IMG/VR virus record: IMGVR_UViG_3300037418_001222
Length of the DNA: 64,000 bases
Direction: 5' to 3' (one strand)
From: a virus
Lineage: Duplodnaviria; Heunggongvirae; Uroviricota; Caudoviricetes
The first letter of the stretch is position 1. The number at the start of each line of letters is the position of its first letter. A program made the translations under genes and the position numbers. Below are positions 1 through 6,087 of the stretch, in pieces. The notes under the pieces were generated by a model that ran no database searches, was not told the DNA's origin, and was given only the letters and a program-made list of their open reading frames with translations.

Positions 1-69
1 AATAGTCCTAGCCTCGATATGATCTAGTGTTTCCAAAGATCTAAGTAATTCAGGATCGAAAGTTTCCAT
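1..69 (-). CDS. Hypothetical protein, N-terminal part (METFDPELLRSLETLDHIEARTI...), runs off the left edge
   Basis: ATG at 69-67 with GGAGAGG Shine-Dalgarno and a sigma70-like promoter upstream; frame open to the window edge. Confidence 0.6.
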   Translation of the reverse strand, partial: METFDPELLRSLETLDHIEARTI

Positions 70-89
70 TACCCTCTCCTCATTACTTT

Positions 90-118
90 TATATATCAAA
101 GTCTAGAACGAAAGTAAA
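90..118 (-). promoter_or_regulatory. sigma70-type (early) promoter
   Basis: TTTACT-17 nt-TATATA on the minus strand, upstream of the ATG at 69. Confidence 0.55.
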
Positions 119-123
119 CAACA

Positions 124-414
124 TTATTTCTTTTTGGAAACTTTCCTTTTCTTAAGAGTAGTATTAGCAATAACGCTTCTAGCTTCTTGAATAATAGAGA
201 TTAGTTTATCAATCTTCTTAAGTTTTACTTGTCTCTCTTCTTCATCATTAAACCAGAAATCAAGATTGATCTGTCGATTACAATCCTTAATTTCGATGTT
301 AATATCAAGAGATTCTCCATTAGAATAGTGAGTGGCATCAACTATAATGTATGCCGTTCCCTCATCTTCATTTAACCATTCTCGCTTATAGAGAACTTTT
401 TTATTGTCACTCAT
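124..414 (-). CDS. Hypothetical protein, 96 aa, basic C-terminus
   Basis: ORF track; fills the gap downstream of tRNA-Arg. Confidence 0.7.
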   Translation of the reverse strand: MSDNKKVLYKREWLNEDEGTAYIIVDATHYSNGESLDINIEIKDCNRQINLDFWFNDEEERQVKLKKIDKLISIIQEARSVIANTTLKKRKVSKKK

Positions 415-431
415 ATATAACCTTTAAGAAG

Positions 432-506
432 TGGAGTCCCCGACAGGATTCGAACCTGCACCCTAAAGTTTAGGAAACTTTTGCTCCTCCATTGAGCTTC
501 GAGGAC
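432..506 (-). tRNA. trnR: tRNA-Arg(CCT)
   Basis: Acceptor GTCCTCG/CGGGGAC, anticodon arm AAAGT-TTCCTAA-ACTTT, GGTTCGAATCC T-arm, encoded CCA. Confidence 0.92.
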
Positions 507-513
507 ATAAAAT

Positions 514-588
514 TGGATGCACCTGTAGGATTCGAACCCACGTTGTCCTCGTTCAAAGCGAAGCGTCCTACCACTAGACGAAGGTGCA
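514..588 (-). tRNA. trnQ: tRNA-Gln(TTG)
   Basis: Acceptor TGCACCT/AGGTGCA, loop CTTTGAA, T-arm, encoded CCA. Confidence 0.92.
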
Positions 589-589
589 A

Positions 590-630
590 TATAAAGTGGG
601 AGATTCTGTTTGTGGCAACGGCTCTCCCAT
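590..630 (-). terminator. Possible intrinsic terminator or structured spacer downstream of the vWA gene
   Basis: TGGGAGA/TCTCCCA 7-bp stem followed by CTTTATATT. Confidence 0.35.
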
Positions 631-695
631 GGCCGCTTAGCCTATTCTAACATTAGTGTCGAGTCGAATAGGACCAAGTTCTCGAGCACCAAAGC

Positions 696-1697
696 TTATG
701 CATTCTCCCAATAGAGGAGCTCAGTTCCTGGCTTAAGCTTTCGGTTAACTGAGGTCGATTGAATATAGATATCGAACTGACCATGATCTCCAGGAGCGAG
801 GCGAATATTTCCTGATGTCGGAAGACCAAGCATCTGACGAGCGGCTGGTCCTTCATAGATAGCCTGCGTCGCCTTATCCTTAATCATAATGCGCTTATAG
901 TCTTGGATGATTGGCTCGATACGAGTGAGCTTATAGAAGCCGGCACCCTTTTTCATTGTCTTGCCAGTGACACTCTCAATGAATGGTCGAATAGCTACTT
1001 CCTTAGTGATGGGAAATGACTGAACCTCTCCAGAGATGTCCTTCATCGAAACTTCGACGTCCTTAAGTGAGACGTTTGAGAGGTCAGTATAGAACTTATT
1101 GGTTGATCTTAGACCAGTAGAACGTGCCTTGAAGTAAGTAGCAAATGCTTCTGAATCAGCCTTAGATGCAGTAGCAACACCGCGCTCGGTCTGATCCCAC
1201 TCAAGGATATTTCCTTCTGGTAGTCCAAGCTGACGCGCTAGACCACTAGAATAACCACGAGGAACACGGAAGACAAAAGTCCAACGATCAGTCATCGTGA
1301 GTTCACGAATCTTCTTAGCTAAACGCTGAGCATTCCACTTGCGAGACGCGTTTTCTCCACCATCCGTAATCGCCATCACTAGAAAAGAGACGTTAGGATC
1401 ATTAGCATCTGGAACAGATTCAAATTGATCGATAAGATCACCAACGGAATCGTATAGTGCAGTCATTCCACGGCAATTATACGAGGTTAGTGGTTTTAGA
1501 GTATTAACATTTGAGTTGGTTACAACCCGTTGTACGTAGGAGTCACACTCAACTACAGAAACGATCGTATCTTGATTTTCTTGATTGGTAGCTTCTCGAA
1601 TGGAAGCAATCTTTGAATTGTAATCTTTGGTTGCGGCAGCTCTGATAGACGCCATCGATCCAGAATGATCGCGCGAAATTCCGATATAGTTCTTCAT
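696..1697 (-). CDS. von Willebrand factor A (vWA) domain protein with an additional C-terminal domain
   Basis: MIDAS motifs DHSGSM...T...TDGGEN; start moved to the ATG at 1697 (MKNYIG), which has an AAAGGA SD. Confidence 0.8.
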   Translation of the reverse strand: MKNYIGISRDHSGSMASIRAAATKDYNSKIASIREATNQENQDTIVSVVECDSYVQRVVTNSNVNTLKPLTSYNCRGMTALYDSVGDLIDQFESVPDANDPNVSFLVMAITDGGENASRKWNAQRLAKKIRELTMTDRWTFVFRVPRGYSSGLARQLGLPEGNILEWDQTERGVATASKADSEAFATYFKARSTGLRSTNKFYTDLSNVSLKDVEVSMKDISGEVQSFPITKEVAIRPFIESVTGKTMKKGAGFYKLTRIEPIIQDYKRIMIKDKATQAIYEGPAARQMLGLPTSGNIRLAPGDHGQFDIYIQSTSVNRKLKPGTELLYWENA

Positions 1698-1712
1698 ATA
1701 TTCGTATCCTTT

Positions 1713-1742
1713 AGTATAAATTGTGTTACAAAGTATTGGCAA
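1713..1742 (-). promoter_or_regulatory. sigma70-type promoter for the vWA gene
   Basis: TTGCCA-18 nt-TATACT. Confidence 0.5.
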
Positions 1743-1760
1743 TGTATTACATTACTGCAG

Positions 1761-1768
1761 TATTTATA
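1761..1768 (-). promoter_or_regulatory. T4-type late promoter
   Basis: Exact TATAAATA upstream of the vWA gene. Confidence 0.55.
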
Positions 1769-1958
1769 CTTTCTTTAGAATTCCCCAACTGGAACCCACT
1801 GGTTCAGTTGGAAACCCGCATAGGTCCAGATTCGCGGCAACCCATTTAGCTACTTCTTCTTGAGACTTATCTTTAAAGTAACTATTATAATGTGATCGAA
1901 ATGTTAATACTAAGTCAAATGATATATCAATTAACCTTTGTTCATTAGATCTTTCCAT
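1764..1958 (-). CDS. Hypothetical protein, 64 aa
   Basis: ORF track; sits between tRNA-Ile2 and the vWA gene, with an upstream GAGTAGAG purine tract. Confidence 0.6.
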   Translation of the reverse strand: MERSNEQRLIDISFDLVLTFRSHYNSYFKDKSQEEVAKWVAANLDLCGFPTEPVGSSWGILKKV

Positions 1959-1978
1959 ACTCTACTCACCTCGGTTAA

Positions 1979-2053
1979 TGGTGCACGCAGTAGGACTTGA
2001 ACCCACATCTGGGCCGTTATGAGCGGCTGGCTCTACCTTTGAGCTATACGTGC
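1979..2053 (-). tRNA. tRNA with CAT anticodon, most likely Ile2 (lysidine type), otherwise Met
   Basis: Acceptor GCACGTA/TGCGTGC, A73, CCA; AGAGCCAGCCG-CTCATAA-CGG resembles bacterial tRNA-Ile2. Confidence 0.85.
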
Positions 2054-2059
2054 ATTAGA

Positions 2060-2148
2060 TGGTAGCCGAGGTGGGGTTCGAACCCACGATGTTTCTAATG
2101 TAAGAGTTTTTAAGACTCCCGCGTTTCAACCAACTTCGCCACACGGCC
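2060..2148 (-). tRNA. trnL: tRNA-Leu(TAA)
   Basis: Loop CTTAAAA, long variable arm, T-arm, encoded CCA. Confidence 0.9.
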
Positions 2149-2160
2149 ATAATTGAAAGT

Positions 2161-2312
2161 GAAGTGACGTCCTCTACATCTATAGACTGAAACGCCTACA
2201 GCCACGCGAACTTCGACAATCGCGTAGAGGATAAGGGGCGGCATCCTGTTGGGACAGGGTCGATTTCATTTACTCGTAAGCGTCACTTCGGTACCCACCC
2301 TCTTACGAGGGT
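2161..2312 (-). ncRNA. Candidate structured ncRNA between tRNA-Ser(GCT) and tRNA-Leu
   Basis: 9-bp closing stem GAAGTGACG/CGTCACTTC, nested CCTCTAC/GTAGAGG stem, several hairpins, GTAA-capped 5' hairpin; no ORF. Confidence 0.5.
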
Positions 2313-2316
2313 ATTC

Positions 2317-2407
2317 TGGAGGAAGGTGCGGGATTCGAACCCAGCGAGAGCTTTTATACTCTAGTGTCTTAGCAGGACACCGACGTAAACCACTTGTCTA
2401 ACCTTCC
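2317..2407 (-). tRNA. trnS: tRNA-Ser(GCT)
   Basis: GTGTC-CTGCTAA-GACAC anticodon arm, long variable arm, CCA. Confidence 0.92.
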
Positions 2408-2409
2408 AT

Positions 2410-2574
2410 TTACTTCTTAGATTTCATCGCCATTTCAGTCGGATCCCATGGCTTCCCATCTACAAAGGCTTTGAATCGATGAGGGTCAGTCTTATGACGA
2501 TAGATACTCATGACAGAACCGTCATGTCTCTTAAATTCGAGATGAGGAGTTTCTAAGTCAAATTCTTCGTTCAT
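2410..2574 (-). CDS. Small hypothetical protein, 54 aa (MNEEFDLETPHLEFKRH...KSKK), missed by the ORF track
   Basis: Read manually; AGGGG SD; fills the gap between two tRNAs. Confidence 0.65.
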   Translation of the reverse strand: MNEEFDLETPHLEFKRHDGSVMSIYRHKTDPHRFKAFVDGKPWDPTEMAMKSKK

Positions 2575-2590
2575 AAGAATCCCCTAATGA

Positions 2591-2664
2591 TGGAGGCGGG
2601 CCAGGATTTGAACCTGTCCGGAGGGGTATGAGCCCAACATGCTACCTGCTTACAATAGCCCGCA
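2591..2664 (-). tRNA. Initiator-like tRNA-Met(CAT), atypical
   Basis: Unpaired 1:72 (T:C), three G-C pairs next to the CTCATAC loop, TTCAAAT T-loop, CCA; T-stem one pair short. Confidence 0.6.
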
Positions 2665-2717
2665 AAGGAGGCGATACTACACTTACATTACATCCGTGCT
2701 TAGCGTAGCATCTAACT

Positions 2718-2789
2718 TGGTGCTCGATCTATTGCACTCGGCGAAGCTTGCGTCTTGCTTCTATGAGACATGCGCCCATGCGATCGAGC
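2718..2789 (-). ncRNA. CCA-ended tRNA-like mini-RNA (no T-loop or D-loop consensus)
   Basis: 8-bp terminal stem GCTCGATC/GATCGAGC followed by A-CCA; internal hairpins. Confidence 0.5.
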
Positions 2790-2794
2790 TAATT

Positions 2795-2859
2795 TGGTGC
2801 GGCTCCCGGACTACTTTTAAGCAACTGCAAACCGGTGATTTAAGGGATGTGCCTACCGC
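2795..2859 (-). ncRNA. Second CCA-ended mini-RNA
   Basis: Terminal stem GCGGT/GCCGC followed by A-CCA; internal TCCC/GGGA pairing. Confidence 0.4.
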
Positions 2860-2923
2860 ATAAACTTTTAGAGGCTGAAGACCCGTCGCTTCATTTAATA
2901 CTCACTCATGAGTAACCAAATGG

Positions 2924-3002
2924 TGGAGGACCACCGGGGACTCGAACCCCGATCTCATGGATTAAAAGGCCAGTGTATTAAACCTATTATTACGAGTGGT
3001 CC
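2924..3002 (-). tRNA. trnK: tRNA-Lys(TTT), weak anticodon stem, genomic CCACCA 3' end
   Basis: Acceptor GGACCAC/GTGGTCC, loop CTTTTAA, GGTTCGAGTCC T-arm. Confidence 0.8.
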
Positions 3003-3073
3003 ATTAAGTAATTGAAGATAGCGATCGAGTTCACGATACTTTGATTGGGGCTCCATCCCTTATCTTCAAACTT

Positions 3074-3147
3074 TGGTGCCAATCGGGAGAATCGAACCCA
3101 CCAACAGCAGACTTATGAGATCCGCCTGCCCACCAGGGACGACTGGC
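3074..3147 (-). tRNA. trnM: tRNA-Met(CAT), elongator type
   Basis: Acceptor GCCAGTC/GATTGGC, CGGAT-CTCATAA-GTCTG, CCA. Confidence 0.85.
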
Positions 3148-3158
3148 ATGAATATTTG

Positions 3159-3244
3159 TCTCCGCCGCATGGGTACGACTTTCCGACCGCAGACTCGCCA
3201 GCTTCGAGCTATCTGCCTACGGGTTGCTATCCCGGTCGCGGAGA
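3159..3244 (-). ncRNA. Candidate multibranch structured spacer RNA
   Basis: TCTCCGC/GCGGAGA closing stem with CGGG/CCCG and GCAGA/TCTGC internal stems. Confidence 0.4.
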
Positions 3245-3249
3245 TTAAA

Positions 3250-3343
3250 TGGAGGAAGCGGTGGGATTCGAACCCACGGAACCCATCCCTGAGCCCCCTA
3301 GTTTTCAAGACTAGTCCAATAAACCAGACTCTGGCACGCTTCC
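3250..3343 (-). tRNA. trnS: tRNA-Ser(TGA)
   Basis: CTAGT-CTTGAAA-ACTAG, long variable arm, CCA. Confidence 0.92.
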
Positions 3344-3350
3344 ATTAAAC

Positions 3351-3424
3351 TGGATCCTCGAACTGGATTCGAACCAATATTGTACGGGTCAGAGCCGTTT
3401 GTCCTACCATTAGACGATCGAGGA
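3351..3424 (-). tRNA. trnQ: tRNA-Gln(CTG)
   Basis: Acceptor TCCTCGA/TCGAGGA, loop CTCTGAC, CCA. Confidence 0.88.
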
Positions 3425-3425
3425 A

Positions 3426-3504
3426 TGGCACGCCCTCATGGATTCGAACCACGGTCTCTCCTTTGTTTCCGTCAGGAGCGTCCTAGCCACTAGACGAAGG
3501 GCGT
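3426..3504 (-). tRNA. Glu/Asp-type tRNA body with an aberrant 11-nt anticodon loop (tRNA-like, anticodon undetermined)
   Basis: Acceptor ACGCCCT/AGGGCGT, G73, CCA; D-arm TTCGTCTAGTGGCTAGGAC; arm CTCCT-GACGGAAACAA-AGGAG. Confidence 0.75.
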
Positions 3505-3514
3505 ACATTAAAAT

Positions 3515-3588
3515 TGGTACTTCCTAGTGGAATCGAACCACTGTACTACGGTTATCGGCCGTTTGCATTACCCCTATGCTAAGGAAGT
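3515..3588 (-). tRNA. trnI: tRNA-Ile(GAT), C at position 33
   Basis: Acceptor ACTTCCT/AGGAAGT, loop CCGATAA, CCA. Confidence 0.85.
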
Positions 3589-3589
3589 A

Positions 3590-3667
3590 TGGCTCCCGCC
3601 GTAGGAATCGAACCTACCTCTATAGTGGTTAACGGCCACTCGCGATCACCTTGATCGCTAGACGGGA
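3590..3667 (-). tRNA. trnN: tRNA-Asn(GTT), C at position 33
   Basis: AGTGG-CCGTTAA-CCACT, G73, CCA. Confidence 0.87.
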
Positions 3668-3674
3668 ACATAAA

Positions 3675-3752
3675 TGGTACCCGAGGTGGGAATCGAACCC
3701 AACCTGAATTTGCGTGTAAAGCAAATGGCCTCACCAGATGCACTACTCGGGC
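3675..3752 (-). tRNA. trnV: tRNA-Val(TAC)
   Basis: TTTGC-TTTACAC-GCAAA, CCA. Confidence 0.9.
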
Positions 3753-3753
3753 G

Positions 3754-3833
3754 TGGAGCCCTAGACAGGAGTCGAACCTGCATGTGTTCCAGTTACCTTT
3801 CAACTGGTTCGTAGCCAGTGGGGATACTAGGGC
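3754..3833 (-). tRNA. Non-canonical tRNA-Arg(ACG)-like RNA lacking a D-arm in the normal position
   Basis: Acceptor GCCCTAG/CTAGGGC plus T-CCA; GCAGG-TTCGACT-CCTGT T-arm; ACTGG-CTACGAA-CCAGT arm directly after a 7-nt linker; D-loop-like TAACTGGA 3' of the anticodon arm. Confidence 0.65.
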
Positions 3834-3843
3834 TCATTAAAAC

Positions 3844-3960
3844 TAGCTCTATCGCGACCAATATCTGATCCATAGAGACTCTGTCACCAGAGCTTTGGGT
3901 GTTTCAGCAAAACAATAGCCGAAATACCCTAATAAAGTCGATTCAATTGTCAAAGAGCTA
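3844..3960 (-). ncRNA. Candidate multibranch structured spacer RNA
   Basis: TAGCTCT/AGAGCTA closing stem; GGGTATTTCGGC/GCTGAAACACCC hairpin; CTCTG-GTGA-CAGAG GNRA hairpin. Confidence 0.45.
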
Positions 3961-3965
3961 ATAGA

Positions 3966-4040
3966 TGGTGCCAAGAGAGGGAATCGAACCCCCGCCACGC
4001 GGTTCTTCAGACCGCTGCTCTACCCCTGAGCTACCTTGGC
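3966..4040 (-). tRNA. trnF: tRNA-Phe(GAA)
   Basis: Canonical cloverleaf, GCGGT-CTGAAGA-ACCGC, CCA. Confidence 0.95.
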
Positions 4041-4050
4041 ATTATCTATT

Positions 4051-4527
4051 TTAGCCGAGGCGAACCAAGTGATCCGCCGCGTGCATAGCCGCAAAAGCGT
4101 CAGGCTTAATTTTCGGATCAAAACCATTGCCTCTAACGTAGCCAATAGCCTCTTTAACCGCAGCCTGAGACTTGTACTTTGGATTAGGATTGATGTCTAG
4201 GTGAACCTCCATATGGCGATCACCAATAACATCTACCATTTCCAAAGCCGCATTCACAGCAAACATAACTTCATTCAAAAGTCTCTGCTTAGGAGACTTA
4301 TCTGGCGCCCAATCCTGTAGGACTTGAGCATCAGAGAATAGCTTGCAACCCTTAGAACTGTCCTTGTGGACAATAATAACGGTCATGTATCTAGCATGCC
4401 AGATACCGTTTCTCTTGAACCTCTTAGAGTCGCAGCCGATATAAACTGAAGACTCTGGACTTGAGGTTCTGATGGCTTCCTTTGCCTTCTCAATCCAAGT
4501 CTTCTTATCATTCACGATAATCTCCAT
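4051..4527 (-). CDS. RNase H-like protein (YkuK/DUF458 family)
   Basis: VYIGCDS...Y.TVI.VH...G...RL..EV...EVHLDIN...G...KIKPDAFAA...ADH pattern; start trimmed because the track start overlaps tRNA-Trp. Confidence 0.8.
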   Translation of the reverse strand: MEIIVNDKKTWIEKAKEAIRTSSPESSVYIGCDSKRFKRNGIWHARYMTVIIVHKDSSKGCKLFSDAQVLQDWAPDKSPKQRLLNEVMFAVNAALEMVDVIGDRHMEVHLDINPNPKYKSQAAVKEAIGYVRGNGFDPKIKPDAFAAMHAADHLVRLG

Positions 4528-4537
4528 AGTTCTAAAA

Positions 4538-4612
4538 TGGCACCGGTGCAAGGATTCGAACCCTGACAAGGAGTTTTGGAGGCTCCCGTGCTACCTTTAA
4601 CACCACACCGAT
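4538..4612 (-). tRNA. trnW: tRNA-Trp(CCA)
   Basis: Loop CTCCAAA, acceptor ATCGGTG/CACCGGT, G73, CCA. Confidence 0.9.
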
Positions 4613-4613
4613 G

Positions 4614-4692
4614 TGGTGGAGTACTAGGGAATCGAACCCTACTGATATCCTCCTTGCAAGGGAAGCGTCCACCCCATGCAGACCCGTACCCC
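4614..4692 (-). tRNA. trnA: tRNA-Ala(TGC)
   Basis: G3:U70 pair, CTTCC-CTTGCAA-GGAGG, CCA. Confidence 0.92.
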
Positions 4693-4700
4693 AATAATAA

Positions 4701-4783
4701 TGGCGACCGTGATGGGACTCGAACCCACCTTGCATTTCTGCTCCGCTAGACAGGCGGATGTTCTCCCCGAGAACTACACGGCC
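4701..4783 (-). tRNA. trnD: tRNA-Asp(GTC) with an extended variable arm
   Basis: TCCGC-CTGTCTA-GCGGA, variable hairpin GCA-GAAA-TGC, G73, CCA. Confidence 0.87.
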
Positions 4784-4784
4784 A

Positions 4785-4859
4785 TGGAGCGGGTGAAGGG
4801 AATCGAACCCTCGTATCTACCTTGGCAAGGTAGTGTAATATCCTCTATACGACACCAGC
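4785..4859 (-). tRNA. trnG: tRNA-Gly(GCC)
   Basis: CTACC-TTGCCAA-GGTAG, U73, CCA. Confidence 0.9.
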
Positions 4860-4869
4860 ACTAAAGAGA

Positions 4870-4945
4870 TGGAGGCCCAGATCGGACTCGAACCGACATT
4901 GAAACTGCTTTGCAGGCAGGCGCGTAACCATTCCGCCACCGGGCC
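4870..4945 (-). tRNA. trnC: tRNA-Cys(GCA)
   Basis: Loop CTGCAAA, U73, CCA. Confidence 0.92.
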
Positions 4946-4965
4946 ATTCTCTAAATCATGTGTAT

Positions 4966-4994
4966 TATATATACTGTCGTTCCAGAAATGTCAA
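4966..4994 (-). promoter_or_regulatory. sigma70-type promoter heading the tRNA cluster
   Basis: TTGACA-17 nt-TATATA about 20 nt upstream of tRNA-Cys. Confidence 0.75.
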
Positions 4995-5005
4995 CAAGTT
5001 TTTAA

Positions 5006-5530
5006 CTAAGATTGAATTTTTTGCATAACTTGTCGAGTAATTGTGGATAATCCCTCCTCATCACCATCTATCTCAGTAAAATCTACATTATTGTCCCACA
5101 GAATTCGAAGAATCTTAATAGACATATCGTTAGATTCTTCCTCAGTCTGATTTCGTCCCTTAGGATTATATGGCTTTACTCTATTGATGTAGAAGTTAAT
5201 ATTATTGTATTGATTGAATGACCAGCTGATCGTATCATAGAAACACTGAGGATATCCGTCAGCGTATGCTAATGCTAATAGGATTGGAGAATCACATATA
5301 ATCACATCACAATCATGTGAGAGTGTCCAGACTCTATGGTGTTGTTTTCCGAAAACATAGAACTGATCTTGAAGAGCGTGTTGTCGCTTACTCCAGGTTA
5401 AGATCTTAGCATATTCTCCAGCGAGTTCGCAATTGACTCCTTGATTCTTAAGATTATAGAATAATCCGGAAGCAGTTGTAGACTTACCGCTCCCAGGAGG
5501 GGCGAATAGATTCACGATTAAGGGTTTCAT
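5006..5530 (-). CDS. P-loop nucleotide kinase-like protein (NadR/AAA_28 type)
   Basis: Walker A APPGSGKST; E.A, ICDSP and R...Y...GR.Q.EEE motifs. Confidence 0.75.
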   Translation of the reverse strand: MKPLIVNLFAPPGSGKSTTASGLFYNLKNQGVNCELAGEYAKILTWSKRQHALQDQFYVFGKQHHRVWTLSHDCDVIICDSPILLALAYADGYPQCFYDTISWSFNQYNNINFYINRVKPYNPKGRNQTEEESNDMSIKILRILWDNNVDFTEIDGDEEGLSTITRQVMQKIQS

Positions 5531-6060
5531 TATACTCCATTTGCAGCATCAAGAGTTACAGAGGCGCTGGCTAGAATTGTAGATCCTCCAACAGCTCTAA
5601 TTTGTACAGATAAAGTACAAGTAGTTTCACCGGTTCCAGTTTGATTTACTTGCCATTCCACATCACTAGAAAGTGTAATCCATACGCCAAGTGCATTTCC
5701 AGTTGGTGTGGAACCACTTGTTTTTGTCGCCATAACTTGATAAGAACCGGCGGTTCCACTGGCTAGCCATTGATGTACGTTACTAGTAACCCCATTAATG
5801 ATCCTCTTCTCAAATCCATTGGACCCTACAATATAGGCGCATGAAGATGAAGTAGTTCCGGATGCGAGAAATGATCCACCATTAAGAGACACCGGGTTCC
5901 ATGTCTTACCCTTAAGCTGAGACATAGAAATAGCAGATCCGGATGCAACTCCTGCTAGAGTGTAAACATTTGGATCGTTCATATCTATTGATCCGGTTGC
6001 TGACCCGTAAATTTCAAGTCTAACATCCGAAAGAGAGATTTGTCCAGTTGGCGTAGTCAT
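5530..6060 (-). CDS. Probable virion/fibre-associated protein, Ser/Thr/Gly-rich
   Basis: N-terminal GQISLSDV...G...ISMSQLKGK pattern common in phage fibre-associated proteins; late-promoter variant upstream. Confidence 0.55.
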   Translation of the reverse strand: MTTPTGQISLSDVRLEIYGSATGSIDMNDPNVYTLAGVASGSAISMSQLKGKTWNPVSLNGGSFLASGTTSSSCAYIVGSNGFEKRIINGVTSNVHQWLASGTAGSYQVMATKTSGSTPTGNALGVWITLSSDVEWQVNQTGTGETTCTLSVQIRAVGGSTILASASVTLDAANGV

Positions 6061-6079
6061 ACGGGTCTCCGTTTATGAC

Positions 6080-6087
6080 TACTTATA
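6080..6087 (-). promoter_or_regulatory. Late promoter variant
   Basis: TATAAGTA 20 nt upstream of the ATG at 6060. Confidence 0.45.

Noticed and set aside
641-690. CCTATTC/GAATAGG hairpin just after the vWA stop
   Set aside because: Likely an mRNA 3' stabilising hairpin; too little evidence for a separate RNA.
2639-4864. ORF-track entries overlapping tRNA genes (e.g. 2639-2863+, 3045-3248+, 3066-3308-, 3073-3348+, 3579-3803-, 4512-4694-, 4532-4735-, 4676-4864+)
   Set aside because: They translate through clear tRNA cloverleaves and have no SD or protein motifs; spurious.
432-4945. Stop-codon reassignment
   Set aside because: No suppressor tRNA; TAA, TAG and TGA all terminate genes at expected positions, often in TAATG/ATGA couplings.
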